From IMG/VR virus record IMGVR_UViG_2713896773_000006, positions 1 through 37,546 of that record: a DNA stretch of 37,546 nt. One strand, 5' to 3'. Positions 16,316 through 27,124 of this stretch are shown here, piece after piece. Both the position numbers and the translations under genes were made by a program. The stretch comes from a virus (taxonomy: Duplodnaviria; Heunggongvirae; Uroviricota; Caudoviricetes). Each line of letters begins with the position of its first letter. Within the stretch, counting starts at the first letter, position 1. The notes under the pieces are model-generated. The model saw nothing but the letters and a program-made list of their open reading frames with translations, ran no database searches and was not told the DNA's origin.

Positions 16316-16609
16316 CCATTACAAAGCCCATCTACTGGTGGGCTTGATAATGAAACCGGAATTTATTCTGGGCAACCAGTTACGGAAGTACCGCGAAACA
16401 ACCCAAGCCAGTAAGTGGGGAAATAACACTGGCAGCCACTGAAAGATGAACCTCCAGCCTTATGGCAAAAAAGATTCTTTGTGGTGGCGGACTGATGGAA
16501 AGACATCGGTTATTGCAGAGACCATTCAATGAGTGGTCTCGACAATGGCTTATACCCTACACGGGATAACTTAACTGATATCCCTTTTAACGGATAAACG
16601 GAGCCAACA

Positions 16610-16852
16610 ATGGCAGAGATTATTCCCATGACTGAAGAACAGAAATTCAAGTTAGAAATTTACAAGCTGGTCATGAACCAGAACGCATCCGCAGAAGAAG
16701 CATTTCAATTCATTGGCACTGACGAACTGAAGCTTGAGCTATTCAAAATTCACTTCCAGTCAGGCGGAGCTAATTCAGATATCACGACCAGAACTATCGA
16801 AGCGGTGCGTAAATCGAAGGAAGCGTTAGACCTGTTCACTACCGGAGCATAA
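16610..16852 (+). CDS. hypothetical protein upstream of terminase
   Basis: 80 aa, ACGGAG RBS, immediately 5' of terS. Confidence 0.5.
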   Translation: MAEIIPMTEEQKFKLEIYKLVMNQNASAEEAFQFIGTDELKLELFKIHFQSGGANSDITTRTIEAVRKSKEALDLFTTGA

Positions 16853-16854
16853 AC

Positions 16855-17295
16855 ATGGCGCGCCCAACGAAGTATCAAGAGGCGTATGCCGAACAGGCAC
16901 GCAAACTGTGCTTGCTGGGCTATACAGACGCCGAACTCGCGGACTTCTTTGAAGTTAGCGAGGCAACAATCAACAATTGGAAATTGGAATATCCGGAGTT
17001 TTTAGAGTCCATAAAAAAGGGTAAGGCCGTCGCTGATGCAGAAGTTAGTGATCGTCTTTATCAACGCGCTATGGGCTTTGTGGCTCCAGACATCGATATT
17101 CGTGTTATTGAAAACAGAATTGTCGAAACTCCGCTTGAGAAGTATTACCCGCCTGATACAACCGCCGCCATCTTCTGGCTTAAGAACCGACAGAAGGATA
17201 AATGGCGCGACAAGGTTGATCACGAGCTAACAGGCAAAGACGGCGGCGCAATTCAGATTGAAACATCACCGATGAGTACTCTATTCGGAAAATGA
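16855..17295 (+). CDS. terminase small subunit (Sf6 gp1-like)
   Basis: 146 aa; N-terminal HTH-like ELADFFEVSEATINNWK; C-terminus ...TGKDGGAIQIETSPMSTLFGK recalled as Sf6 TerS-like. Overlaps terL start. Confidence 0.8.
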   Translation: MARPTKYQEAYAEQARKLCLLGYTDAELADFFEVSEATINNWKLEYPEFLESIKKGKAVADAEVSDRLYQRAMGFVAPDIDIRVIENRIVETPLEKYYPPDTTAAIFWLKNRQKDKWRDKVDHELTGKDGGAIQIETSPMSTLFGK

Positions 17296-18707
17296 CCTCG
17301 ATTAATCCTATCTTTGAACCGTTCATTGAGGCGCATCGCTACAAAGTCGCCAAAGGCGGTCGAGGTAGCGGTAAATCATGGGCAATTGCGAGGCTGCTTG
17401 TTGAGGCGGCACGTCGGCAGCCTGTGCGTATTCTTTGCGCTCGTGAACTGCAAAACAGTATCAGCGATTCTGTAATCCGGTTGCTTGAAGATACCATCGA
17501 GCGTGAAGGGTATTCGGCTGAGTTTGAAATTCAGCGTTCAATGATTCGTCATCTCGGAACGAATGCTGAATTCATGTTCTACGGCATCAAAAACAACCCG
17601 ACGAAGATTAAATCGCTCGAAGGCATTGATATCTGCTGGGTGGAAGAAGCGGAAGCGGTAACGAAGGAATCATGGGATATCCTGATTCCAACCATCCGTA
17701 AGCCGTTCTCTGAAATATGGGTGAGCTTTAACCCGAAGAACATCCTCGACGATACCTATCAGCGATTCGTCGTAAATCCTCCTGATGATATTTGTCTGCT
17801 GACGGTGAACTACACCGACAACCCGCACTTTCCTGAAGTTCTCCGTCTGGAGATGGAAGAGTGCAAACGCAGAAATCCGACACTGTATCGTCACATCTGG
17901 CTGGGTGAGCCGGTAAGCGCAAGTGATATGGCAATCATCAAACGTGAATGGCTTGAAGCTGCAACCGATGCGCACAAGAAACTCGGATGGAAAGCGAAAG
18001 GCGCTGTTGTTTCTGCACATGACCCGTCAGATACAGGGCCAGATGCTAAAGGTTACGCATCGCGCCACGGTTCGGTAGTTAAGCGCATTGCCGAAGGTCT
18101 GCTGATGGACATCAACGATGGTGCTGACTGGGCTACTTCGCTGGCGATTGAAGACGGCGCTGACCACTACCTGTGGGATGGTGATGGTGTTGGTGCCGGG
18201 CTACGCAGACAGACAACGGAAGCGTTCTCCGGCAAGAAAATCACCGCCACGATGTTCAAGGGCAGCGAATCGCCATTCGATGAAGATGCACCGTATCAGG
18301 CCGGAGCATGGGCCGATGAAGTCGTACAGGGCGACAACGTTCGCACTATTGGCGATGTATTCCGCAATAAGCGAGCGCAATTCTATTACGCGCTGGCTGA
18401 CAGGCTGTATCTGACATATCGGGCGGTTGTTCATGGTGAGTATGCAGACCCCGACGACATGCTGAGTTTCGACAAAGAAGCGATAGGCGAGAAGATGCTG
18501 GAGAAGCTGTTTGCAGAACTGACGCAGATTCAGCGCAAATTCAATAACAACGGGAAGCTGGAGCTAATGACTAAGGTCGAAATGAAGCAGAAGCTCGGTA
18601 TTCCATCTCCTAACCTGGCTGATGCGCTGATGATGTGTATGCATTGCCCGGAGTCGGCTGCGCAACCCGACTATTCCAGTTACTCAATTCCTTGTGGTGT
18701 AGGTTGA
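17292..18707 (+). CDS. terminase large subunit
   Basis: 471 aa; Walker A KGGRGSGKS near the N-terminus; acidic nuclease-domain motifs in the C-terminal half. Confidence 0.9.
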   Translation: MTSINPIFEPFIEAHRYKVAKGGRGSGKSWAIARLLVEAARRQPVRILCARELQNSISDSVIRLLEDTIEREGYSAEFEIQRSMIRHLGTNAEFMFYGIKNNPTKIKSLEGIDICWVEEAEAVTKESWDILIPTIRKPFSEIWVSFNPKNILDDTYQRFVVNPPDDICLLTVNYTDNPHFPEVLRLEMEECKRRNPTLYRHIWLGEPVSASDMAIIKREWLEAATDAHKKLGWKAKGAVVSAHDPSDTGPDAKGYASRHGSVVKRIAEGLLMDINDGADWATSLAIEDGADHYLWDGDGVGAGLRRQTTEAFSGKKITATMFKGSESPFDEDAPYQAGAWADEVVQGDNVRTIGDVFRNKRAQFYYALADRLYLTYRAVVHGEYADPDDMLSFDKEAIGEKMLEKLFAELTQIQRKFNNNGKLELMTKVEMKQKLGIPSPNLADALMMCMHCPESAAQPDYSSYSIPCGVG

Positions 18708-18708
18708 T

Positions 18709-20907
18709 ATGGCAGAAAAAAAGATGGCTGACTGGCATCGCAAGGTGCTGTGCAACTTTGATAATGCCTGGTCAGCAACGCAGGATATGCGTGAGCAGAT
18801 TATTGAGGCTCAACGTTTCGTCAGGGTGTCCGGCGCACAGTGGGAAGGTAGCACAAACGCTGGTTACTCGTTTGATGAGGGCAGGTTTGAGCATTATCCG
18901 CGCTTTGAACTGAATAAGATTGCCCGTGAATGTGATCGCATCATTGGCGAGTATCGACAGAATCGCATCAGCGTTAAATTCAGGCCGAAGGACGATAAGG
19001 CATCGGAAGCGTTAGCCGAAAAGATGAACGGCAAATTCCGCGCTGACTATCAGGAAACATCCGGTGGCGAAGCGTGTGATAACGCATTTGATGATGCTGT
19101 AACGGGCGGATTCGGTTGTTTCCGCATGTGTGCCGATTACGAAGATGAAATGGACCCAAGTAACGATCAGCGACGCATCAGCCTTCTTCCTGTTTACGAC
19201 CCAGCGACATGCGTCTTCTTCGATCAGGACAGCAAGCAATATGACCGCTCTGATGCTATGTGGGCTATGGAAATGTTCTCCATGACCCCTAAAGCGTTCG
19301 AGGCTGAATACCCTGATTCCATCGCGGCAAGTCTTTCTCGTGATGACACTGGTACTCAATATGACTGGTCAACGCCCGATGCCATCTATGTTGGACGCTA
19401 CTACGAAGTTCGCATAGAGAAGGTGAAGCTCACGGCGTGGCGTAACCCTGTCAGCGGAGAAACGGCAATCTATGATGAAGAGCAAATCAAAGATATTGTC
19501 GACGAGCTGACCGATGGCGCATTCGAACTGATTGGCGAGAGAACGGTGAAGAAACGCAGAGTTTATTGCGGTCTTCTGTCTGGCGCTGAATGGCTGGAAG
19601 AACCGAAGCGTATTCCGGGCGAACATATTCCACTCATCCCGGTATATGGGCGTCGCTCATTTGTTGATAATCAGGAGCGAATCGAAGGCCACGCAGCAAA
19701 AGCGATGGATGCACAGCGTCTTGAGAACCTGATGGTTTCCATGATTGCAGATAACGCTACTCAGGCTGGCGGTGATGGCATTCCTGTAGTTGATGTTGAC
19801 ATGATTCCTGGTCCTCTCGCCAATCATTGGGCGGAGCGCAACAAAAAGCGCCCGGCGTTCCTGCCGATGGTCAGTCTGAAAAACAAAAACGGAGATATTA
19901 CTGCGCAGGCTCAGGTCAGCAGTTATACGCCTCCGACACAAATGCCTCCTGCTCTTGCCGGGCTATTGCAGTACACCGGAACGGCTATTCAGCAAATTAC
20001 AGGTGCGTCGCAGCTTGAGAACATGCCGAGCAACGTCGCCACCGATACCGTTGATAGCATTTTTAACCGGATGGACACGCAGTCCTATATCTACATGGAC
20101 AACATGGCTAAATCCATGCGCCGTGCTGGCGTCGTGTGGCTTTCTATGGCTCGTGAAGTCTATGGCAGCGATACGCCAATGCGCATCGTTAATGAGGATG
20201 GCAGCGATGACGTGGCGCTGATGACTGGTGAAGTGGTTGACCGTCAGACAGGGCAGGTTATCGCGCTTAACGACCTTTCGCAGGGTAACTATGAAGTGAC
20301 TGTCGATGTTGGTCAGTCGTTCGCTACTCGCCGTGATGCAACGGTTAAGTCGTTACTTTCCATGCTGGCACTTATCCCACCAGGAACGCCGAAGCACGAC
20401 CTTGTATCGTCGATGATTCTCGACAATATGGACGGCGAAGGGATGGGCGACCTTAAAGAATACAACCGCAATCAGTTGCTTCTGTCTGGAGTTATCAAGC
20501 CGAGAACACCAGAAGAACAGCAGATGGTTGAGCAGGCGAAACAACAACAGGCCAGTCAGCCAGATCCGGCTATGGTTGCTGCGCAAGGTCAGCTTCTTGC
20601 TGGTCAGGCTGAATTGCAGAAAGCGCAGAACGAACAGGCAGCCATTCAGGTTAAAGCATTCCAGGCACAGACTGATGCTCAGGTTGCAGCGGCAAATGTT
20701 GTGAAAATCCTCGCATCTGCCGATAGCCAGCAAAAATCTGATATCCGTGAGGCGCTGAAACTGCTCGGACAGTTCCAGCAACAGCAAGGAGACAATGCCC
20801 GTGCTGATGCAGAGCTTGTCCTGAAAAGTCAGGCACAGGGCCATGCGCAGCGCATGGACATCAGCAGCATCCTGCAAAAATCAACTCAGCAACAACCACA
20901 GCAGTAA
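18709..20907 (+). CDS. portal protein (P22 gp1 / Sf6 gp3-like)
   Basis: 732 aa with a long Q/A-rich C-terminal barrel-like tail; blocks such as KRRRVY, GEHIPL, EEQQ, DPAMV and QAELQKAQN match recalled P22 portal. Confidence 0.9.
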   Translation: MAEKKMADWHRKVLCNFDNAWSATQDMREQIIEAQRFVRVSGAQWEGSTNAGYSFDEGRFEHYPRFELNKIARECDRIIGEYRQNRISVKFRPKDDKASEALAEKMNGKFRADYQETSGGEACDNAFDDAVTGGFGCFRMCADYEDEMDPSNDQRRISLLPVYDPATCVFFDQDSKQYDRSDAMWAMEMFSMTPKAFEAEYPDSIAASLSRDDTGTQYDWSTPDAIYVGRYYEVRIEKVKLTAWRNPVSGETAIYDEEQIKDIVDELTDGAFELIGERTVKKRRVYCGLLSGAEWLEEPKRIPGEHIPLIPVYGRRSFVDNQERIEGHAAKAMDAQRLENLMVSMIADNATQAGGDGIPVVDVDMIPGPLANHWAERNKKRPAFLPMVSLKNKNGDITAQAQVSSYTPPTQMPPALAGLLQYTGTAIQQITGASQLENMPSNVATDTVDSIFNRMDTQSYIYMDNMAKSMRRAGVVWLSMAREVYGSDTPMRIVNEDGSDDVALMTGEVVDRQTGQVIALNDLSQGNYEVTVDVGQSFATRRDATVKSLLSMLALIPPGTPKHDLVSSMILDNMDGEGMGDLKEYNRNQLLLSGVIKPRTPEEQQMVEQAKQQQASQPDPAMVAAQGQLLAGQAELQKAQNEQAAIQVKAFQAQTDAQVAAANVVKILASADSQQKSDIREALKLLGQFQQQQGDNARADAELVLKSQAQGHAQRMDISSILQKSTQQQPQQ

Positions 20908-20997
20908 TTAACCCATAACGTGCAATGGCTGTCTTTATGAGGCCTGGCACCCTATTGCCTTCCGATGGGCTGAACATCGAGTAAACAGGGGTAACAA

Positions 20998-21891
20998 ATG
21001 GACCAGATGGCAGAAAACACACCAGAAGTTGAAATCGAAACCGACGCGTCAGAGCAGGTTCCTGATGATGTCGAACTGGCTGAAGAAGTCGAAACGGAAG
21101 ATGGCAGTGAGTCCTCCGGCAATGATGCAGAGGAAGCTACTGAAACTGATGACGACGAATCAGAACAGGAATTCTACTTTGGTGACGAAAAGCTGGATTC
21201 GCCAACCAGCGAAGATGGCGCAGAGCATGGACTGGTAAAACACCTGCGCAAGACGATTAAAGAGAAAGACCGTGAGCTGAAAGAGCTGATGCGTCAGTCT
21301 CAGAAACCCGTCGAGCAGCAGCCGGTAATCACTCAACCACCGCGAATGCCAAAACTGGATGATGAGGACATCGGTTTCGATGAAGAAATCTATCAGCAAC
21401 GCATGACTAAGTGGGCAGAGGATAACGGCAAGTACCAGCAACAGGAGATGGCTCGCAAGCAGAAGGAGCATGAGCTTCAGGCTGCCTATCAAGAGCGATT
21501 ATCCAAATATCAGCAACGTGTTAAGGCTCTCAAAGTTCCTGGCTATCAGGAAGCTGAGCAGGCCGTACTCGAGGAAATTCCCATCGAGACACAAAACGCG
21601 ATCCTGTTTGAGTCAGAGAAGCCGGAAATCGTTGTTCTGGCGCTCGGTCGCAACGCTGAACTGCGCAAGCAACTGGCAGAAGCTACCAACCCCGTAGCAA
21701 TTGGTCGTCTGCTGGAACGTATCGAATCGAAGGCCAGAATCATGCCAAAAGCAAAAACCACGGCAGCCACAACCCCGACAGTTAAGGGGAGCAACGGCGC
21801 AGTAATCAATAACCTCGACAAACTGAAAGCCAAGGCGCTGGAAACTGGTGACTGGACGCCGTATTTCGCCGCTAAAAAGGCAAAAAAATAA
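20998..21891 (+). CDS. scaffolding protein
   Basis: 297 aa, highly acidic N-terminus, charged helical body, basic C-terminus; between portal and coat. Confidence 0.8.
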   Translation: MDQMAENTPEVEIETDASEQVPDDVELAEEVETEDGSESSGNDAEEATETDDDESEQEFYFGDEKLDSPTSEDGAEHGLVKHLRKTIKEKDRELKELMRQSQKPVEQQPVITQPPRMPKLDDEDIGFDEEIYQQRMTKWAEDNGKYQQQEMARKQKEHELQAAYQERLSKYQQRVKALKVPGYQEAEQAVLEEIPIETQNAILFESEKPEIVVLALGRNAELRKQLAEATNPVAIGRLLERIESKARIMPKAKTTAATTPTVKGSNGAVINNLDKLKAKALETGDWTPYFAAKKAKK

Positions 21892-21909
21892 CCTATCGGA
21901 GCATTAAGC

Positions 21910-23163
21910 ATGGCTAACCAATTAGCAAAAGACCTTGAAATCATGTTCGAAAACTACGTTGAAGGCTTTGAGGCCGCCTGCGTAGTTTCCCGTAACGCTA
22001 AAAAATTCCGTCCTGGTGATACAGCAATGCAGCGAGCAGGTGATGTTCTGTATCGTCCGCAGCATTACCACATGAACATTGAGGAAGGCCTAGACCTCAG
22101 CGGCAAAACGCCAACAGCACTGGTTCAGCGCCTTGTTCCTTCTGTGTTCAAGGAGCCGAAAAACATTCTGTACACTCTGGATGCGCGTGAAATGCGTGAC
22201 CCGGAACATAAAACTGAAGCTGGTCGCGCCGCAGGTATGCGCCTTGCTGCACAGATTGACTCTGATCTGATTTCCATGGTCACGCAGCGTGCTACTAACG
22301 TGATCACAATGGCTGACTCAACCACTGGTTCACAGGGCCGTGATTTGTGGAACTGTGCGGCAGGTATTGATGCCACCATGACGGCGATTGGTGTACCACA
22401 GGGTATCAACCGCCGCTCTTTCTGGAACCCCTTCAACTATAAAGACCTTGCTGGCGAGCTTGGTCACCGTGCCTATGCTCAGGGCGCAACCCTGACAGCA
22501 TACGAAAAAGCGCAGATCCCTCCGGTTGCGTCCTTCGATAGCTACAAGACCGATATTTCTGGTCGTGTTCCGAAGGGTACAGCAACTTCCCTGACGCTGG
22601 CGGCTAAACCTGCGCACAAGGTTGAAGCGAAAGATGCCAACGATATGCCAGTGGATAACCGACAGGGGACTATTACGGTATCTGCACCTGGTTTGCAGGT
22701 TGGCGATGCGTTCACCATTGCTGGCGTGAATTCCGTACACCAGATCACCAAAGACACCACCGGGCAGCCGCAGGTATTCCGCGTTCTTGCAGTTAGCGGA
22801 ACGACAGTAACTATCTCCCCGAAAATTCTGCCGCCTGACAACGCGGATGTCGCCAGCCGTCCATATGCAAACGTTGATGCTAACGCGGCAAATGGTGCAG
22901 CAATTACCATTCTCAACAAAAATGCCGCACCGGCTAACCTGTTCTGGGCTGATGGTTCTGTTGAACTGATGTACGGCAAACTGGCGTTCCCGACTGGTCA
23001 GGGTCCACAGGTAATGACAGCAACCACCGAGCAGGGCGCTACGCTGATCATGTCTTATGCCTTCGACCACATCAAAGGCGTAACCACTGCTCGTTTCACC
23101 ACTCTGTACGGTTGCTCTGTACTTGTTCCTGAATATACGGGCATCGTTATTGCCGGGCAGTAA
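21910..23163 (+). CDS. major capsid (coat) protein, P22/Sf6 type
   Basis: 417 aa downstream of scaffold; size and position fit P22 gp5 / Sf6 gp5. Confidence 0.85.
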   Translation: MANQLAKDLEIMFENYVEGFEAACVVSRNAKKFRPGDTAMQRAGDVLYRPQHYHMNIEEGLDLSGKTPTALVQRLVPSVFKEPKNILYTLDAREMRDPEHKTEAGRAAGMRLAAQIDSDLISMVTQRATNVITMADSTTGSQGRDLWNCAAGIDATMTAIGVPQGINRRSFWNPFNYKDLAGELGHRAYAQGATLTAYEKAQIPPVASFDSYKTDISGRVPKGTATSLTLAAKPAHKVEAKDANDMPVDNRQGTITVSAPGLQVGDAFTIAGVNSVHQITKDTTGQPQVFRVLAVSGTTVTISPKILPPDNADVASRPYANVDANAANGAAITILNKNAAPANLFWADGSVELMYGKLAFPTGQGPQVMTATTEQGATLIMSYAFDHIKGVTTARFTTLYGCSVLVPEYTGIVIAGQ

Positions 23164-23204
23164 TTTTGGTGGGGCTTCGGCCCCATTTTTATTGGGAGAA
23201 GACA

Positions 23205-23393
23205 ATGGCACGAACAATGCTCTATAAGCCGGGCAACATGATCACCTGTGGTCAGTTTGCTGTCGATTACATCATTGTTGATGACGAAGAAGTTAAATCT
23301 CACCTGAAAAAAGGCTGGGTAAAAACTCCTGAAGAAACCGCAACGAAGCATAAAGTGGCTAAGGCGGAAGAAGATGGCGAAAACGAAGGGTGA
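23205..23393 (+). CDS. hypothetical small protein
   Basis: 62 aa from ATG at 23205 (GGAGAAG RBS), between coat and gp4-like gene. Confidence 0.4.
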   Translation: MARTMLYKPGNMITCGQFAVDYIIVDDEEVKSHLKKGWVKTPEETATKHKVAKAEEDGENEG

Positions 23394-23835
23394 TCTCGTT
23401 CTAAAGGCTTTACGAAAAGCCGGGCTGTATTCCAATGCCACGTTGACAGATGCTGACCCTCAGGCAATTGAAGATGCCATTAATGACCTCGAAGACATGA
23501 TGGCAGCATGGCAGGCTAAAGGTATCGAGCTTGGGTATCAGTTTGCTGATACAGAAAACGGCATCATGCCGTTACCGGACGATGATTCAGGTATCCCTGC
23601 ATGGGCAAATGATGGCGTCGCTTTGAAACTCGCGGTGCAAGTGTGCATGGATAACGTCATTCAGCCGTCAGACGCTCTCCTTACCGCTGCTGACAGTGCA
23701 TATCAGACAATCTGTATCGCTTTAACCAAAATACCACCACTTGAGCGGAGAAATGACATGCCTCGCGGTAGTGGTAACAAAAGCGCGTTTACGTGGAATC
23801 GGTTTTACATCGAGAAAGATGATCCGAGTACGTGA
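23374..23835 (+). CDS. tail adaptor / head-completion protein (P22 gp4-like)
   Basis: 153 aa; KTKGDLVLKALRKAGL...ATLTDADPQAIEDAINDLEDMMAAW parallels recalled P22 gp4. Confidence 0.8.
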   Translation: MAKTKGDLVLKALRKAGLYSNATLTDADPQAIEDAINDLEDMMAAWQAKGIELGYQFADTENGIMPLPDDDSGIPAWANDGVALKLAVQVCMDNVIQPSDALLTAADSAYQTICIALTKIPPLERRNDMPRGSGNKSAFTWNRFYIEKDDPST

Positions 23836-23844
23836 GGTGAATAA

Positions 23845-25263
23845 ATGCCGATTCAGCAACTTCCGCTTATGAAAGGCGTCGGCAAAGACTTTCGAAACGC
23901 CGACTATATCGACTATCTGCCAGTGAATATGCTGGCTACACCCAAAGAAATCCTGAACAGTAGCGGATATCTTCGTTCATTCCCGGGCATTGCCAAACGT
24001 TCTGATGTGAACGGTGTATCTCGCGGTGTCGAGTACAACATGGCGCAGAATGCTGTTTATCGCGTGTGTGGTGGCAAGTTGTATAAGGGCGAAAGTGAAG
24101 TCGGTGATGTTGCCGGAAGTTGTCGCGTATCAATGGCGCATGGTCGGACATCACAGGCGGTAGGCGTTAATGGTCAACTGGTCGAGTATCGCTATGATGG
24201 CACGGTTAAAACCGTCTCAAACTGGCCTACAGACAGCGGATTCACTCAGTATGAGTTAGGTTCGGTTCGTGACATTACGCGCTTACGTGGGCGTTATGCG
24301 TGGTCAAAAGACGGTACTGATTCATGGTTTATCACTGACCTTGAAGATGAATCGCATCCTGACCGCTACAGTGCACAATATCGTGCCGAGTCTCAGCCGG
24401 ACGGCATCATCGGCATAGGTACATGGCGAGACTTCATCGTCTGCTTTGGCTCATCGACGATTGAATATTTTTCCCTGACAGGTGCAACCACCGTTGGTGC
24501 CGCTTTGTATGTCGCACAGCCATCACTGATGGTGCAGAAAGGCATTGCCGGAACTTACTGCAAAACGCCGTTTGCTGATTCCTATGCGTTCATCAGCAAT
24601 CCGGCAACGGGTGCTCCGTCTGTATACATCATCGGCTCCGGTCATGTGTCACCAATCGCCAGCGCGAGCATTGAGAAAATCCTCCGCTCCTACACTGCTG
24701 ATGAACTGGCTGATGGTGTGATGGAATCGCTGCGGTTTGATGCTCATGAGTTGCTGATTATCCACCTTCCTCGCCATGTTCTCGTGTACGACGCATCTTC
24801 AAGCGCCAATGGTCCGCAATGGTGTGTACTGAAAACAGGCTTGTATGACGATGTGTACCGCGCTATCGACTTCATTTACGAAGGAAATCAGATAACGTGC
24901 GGCGATAAGCTGGAATCCGTGACCGGGAAACTGCAATTCGATATCAGCAGCCAGTACGACAAGCAGCAGGAACACCTGCTGTTTACTCCGTTGTTCAAAG
25001 CTGAGAACGCCAGATGTTTTGATCTTGAGGTTGAATCGTCAACTGGCGTTGCGCAGTACGCCGACCGCTTGTTCCTTTCTGCAACCACTGACGGCATCAA
25101 TTACGGGCGTGAGCAGATGATTGAGCAGAATGAACCGTTCGTTTACGACAAACGCGTTTTGTGGAAGCGTGTCGGACGCATCAGGAAAAATGTCGGCTTC
25201 AAATTGCGCGTTATCACTAAGTCACCTGTCACTCTGTCAGGCTGCCAGATAAGGATTGAGTAA
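23845..25263 (+). CDS. tail hub protein (P22 gp10-like)
   Basis: 472 aa; [49 protein letters not shown]... nearly collinear with recalled P22 gp10. Confidence 0.9.
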   Translation: MPIQQLPLMKGVGKDFRNADYIDYLPVNMLATPKEILNSSGYLRSFPGIAKRSDVNGVSRGVEYNMAQNAVYRVCGGKLYKGESEVGDVAGSCRVSMAHGRTSQAVGVNGQLVEYRYDGTVKTVSNWPTDSGFTQYELGSVRDITRLRGRYAWSKDGTDSWFITDLEDESHPDRYSAQYRAESQPDGIIGIGTWRDFIVCFGSSTIEYFSLTGATTVGAALYVAQPSLMVQKGIAGTYCKTPFADSYAFISNPATGAPSVYIIGSGHVSPIASASIEKILRSYTADELADGVMESLRFDAHELLIIHLPRHVLVYDASSSANGPQWCVLKTGLYDDVYRAIDFIYEGNQITCGDKLESVTGKLQFDISSQYDKQQEHLLFTPLFKAENARCFDLEVESSTGVAQYADRLFLSATTDGINYGREQMIEQNEPFVYDKRVLWKRVGRIRKNVGFKLRVITKSPVTLSGCQIRIE

Positions 25264-25964
25264 TGGTTGATTCATCACTGAATAATCCTGTCGCGGTTCA
25301 GGCTACGCGCCTTGATGCTTCAATTTTGCCACGCAATATATTCAGCCAGTCTTACCTGCTGTATGTCATAAATCAGGGTGCTGATGTTGGCGCAATTGCC
25401 GGGAAGGCAAATCAGGCTGGTCAGGGCGCTTACGATGCTCAGGTGAAAAACGATGAACAGGATGTCGAACTGGCTGACCACGATGCAAGAATTTCCGCAA
25501 ACACAAAAGCGATAAATCTCCTTGAGGTCAGGTTAACAACTGCCGAAGGGAAGATAGTCGTACTGCGTAGCGATGTTGATTACTTGCTGGATGAGGTTAT
25601 CGATATTCAGGCGCATCTGGTCACTGTTGACCAAAGACTGGATGACGTAGAAAACGATGTCTCTGGCATTAAGAGTGATTACGTATCGAAAACCGTAACC
25701 GAATCGCAGTCTCTTGCGTCACCGCTGGATGTAAAAACATCATATTCAGTTGATGGAATTCAGGTTATTGGAGCAAGAAATACCGGATGGACTGCAGCCA
25801 CAGGTACACCTCTTCTTGGCTCATTCAACGCTAACCAGTCATACACGGTCGGCACTACGTACACACAATCCGAAGTCGCAGCTCTCGCTACAGGTTTGCA
25901 GCAGTCGCGGCAGCGTATTCTGGCGCTTGAAACGGCACTTAGATTACATGGGCTGATTGACTGA
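25263..25964 (+). CDS. tail needle protein (P22 gp26-like)
   Basis: 233 aa; conserved N-terminus ([18 protein letters not shown]) and C-terminus ([20 protein letters not shown]) with a divergent coiled-coil middle. Confidence 0.85.
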   Translation: MVDSSLNNPVAVQATRLDASILPRNIFSQSYLLYVINQGADVGAIAGKANQAGQGAYDAQVKNDEQDVELADHDARISANTKAINLLEVRLTTAEGKIVVLRSDVDYLLDEVIDIQAHLVTVDQRLDDVENDVSGIKSDYVSKTVTESQSLASPLDVKTSYSVDGIQVIGARNTGWTAATGTPLLGSFNANQSYTVGTTYTQSEVAALATGLQQSRQRILALETALRLHGLID

Positions 25965-26419
25965 TGATTACATTCAAACCAACGCGAAACATCGACCTGA
26001 TAGAAGCAGTCGGAAATCACCCTGACATTATTGCCGGAAGCAACAACGGTGATGGATACGACTACAAGCCTGAATGCCGTTACTTCGAGGTGAACGTGCA
26101 CGGGCAGTTTGGCGGCATTGTTTACTATCAGGAGATTCAGCCGCTGACATTCGATTGCCACGCCATGTACCTGCCAGAGATTCGCGGCTTCAGCAAGGAA
26201 ATCGGGCTGGCGTTCTGGCGATACATTCTGACTAACACCACCGTTCAGTGCGTCACATCGTTCGCTGCACGCAAATTCCGCCACGGTCAGATGTACTGCG
26301 CAATGATTGGCCTTAAGCGTGTAGGAACCATCAAGAAATACTTCAAAGGCGTGGATGACGTGACTTTTTACAGCGCCACACGCGAAGAACTAATCGACTT
26401 CCTGAATAACGGGAGATAG
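25964..26419 (+). CDS. P22 gp14-like protein
   Basis: 151 aa in the position of P22 gene 14, between needle and ejection proteins. Confidence 0.6.
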   Translation: MITFKPTRNIDLIEAVGNHPDIIAGSNNGDGYDYKPECRYFEVNVHGQFGGIVYYQEIQPLTFDCHAMYLPEIRGFSKEIGLAFWRYILTNTTVQCVTSFAARKFRHGQMYCAMIGLKRVGTIKKYFKGVDDVTFYSATREELIDFLNNGR

Positions 26420-26421
26420 CC

Positions 26422-27114
26422 ATGTTATATGCATTTAAGCTGGGCAGAAAACTGCGCGGCGAGGAACCTTATTGCCCTGAAAAAGGCGGGAAAGGTGGTA
26501 GCTCTGATAAAAGCGCAAAGTATGCAGCAGAAGCCCAGAAGTATGCCGCAGACCTGCAAAATCAGCAGTTCAATACCATCATGAACAACCTGAAGCCGTT
26601 TACTCCTCTGGCTGGGAAGTATGTCGGCAGCCTTGAGAACTTATCGTCTCTGGAAGGGCAAGGTCAGGCACTTAACCAGTATTACAACTCTCAGCAGTAC
26701 AAAGACCTTGCTGGTCAGGCGCGCTATCAGAGTCTGGCGGCAGCGGAAGCAACAGGTGGATTAGGTTCCACCGCAACCAGTAATCAGTTAGCAACAATCG
26801 CACCAACTCTTGGTCAGCAATGGCTGTCTGGACAAATGAACAATTACAACAACCTGGCAAATATCGGTCTTGGCGCTCTTCAGGGACAGGCAAACGCCGG
26901 GCAAACATATGCCAACAACATGAGTCAGATTTCACAGCAAAGCGCGGCGCTGGCGGCGGCAAACGCCAACCGACCGTCAGCATTGCAGCAGGGTGTTAGT
27001 GGTGCTGCATCCGGTGCGCTTTTGGGTGGTGGCATAGCCAGTGCTCTCGAGCTATCAACTCCGTGGGGTGCTGGTATTGGTGCTGGTCTTGGTCTGCTTG
27101 GTTCACTGTTTTAA
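26422..27114 (+). CDS. ejection (internal virion) protein, P22 gp7-like
   Basis: 230 aa, Gly/Ala/Gln-rich low-complexity protein in the gp7 position. Confidence 0.75.
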   Translation: MLYAFKLGRKLRGEEPYCPEKGGKGGSSDKSAKYAAEAQKYAADLQNQQFNTIMNNLKPFTPLAGKYVGSLENLSSLEGQGQALNQYYNSQQYKDLAGQARYQSLAAAEATGGLGSTATSNQLATIAPTLGQQWLSGQMNNYNNLANIGLGALQGQANAGQTYANNMSQISQQSAALAAANANRPSALQQGVSGAASGALLGGGIASALELSTPWGAGIGAGLGLLGSLF

Positions 27115-27124
27115 GGGTTAATCA

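Noticed and set aside
16320-16609. Tiny ORFs of 22-30 codons in the non-coding gap before the terminase module
   Set aside because: Very short, no convincing RBS and no recognisable sequence features; the region more likely holds regulatory or packaging-related sequence.
20353-20877. 174-aa minus-strand ORF inside the portal gene
   Set aside because: Antisense to the portal C-terminal coding region; leucine/cysteine-rich artefact of the Q/A-rich sense frame.
22330-23217. 295-aa minus-strand ORF across the coat gene
   Set aside because: Antisense to a well-supported capsid gene; Cys/Arg-rich composition typical of a spurious opposite-strand frame.
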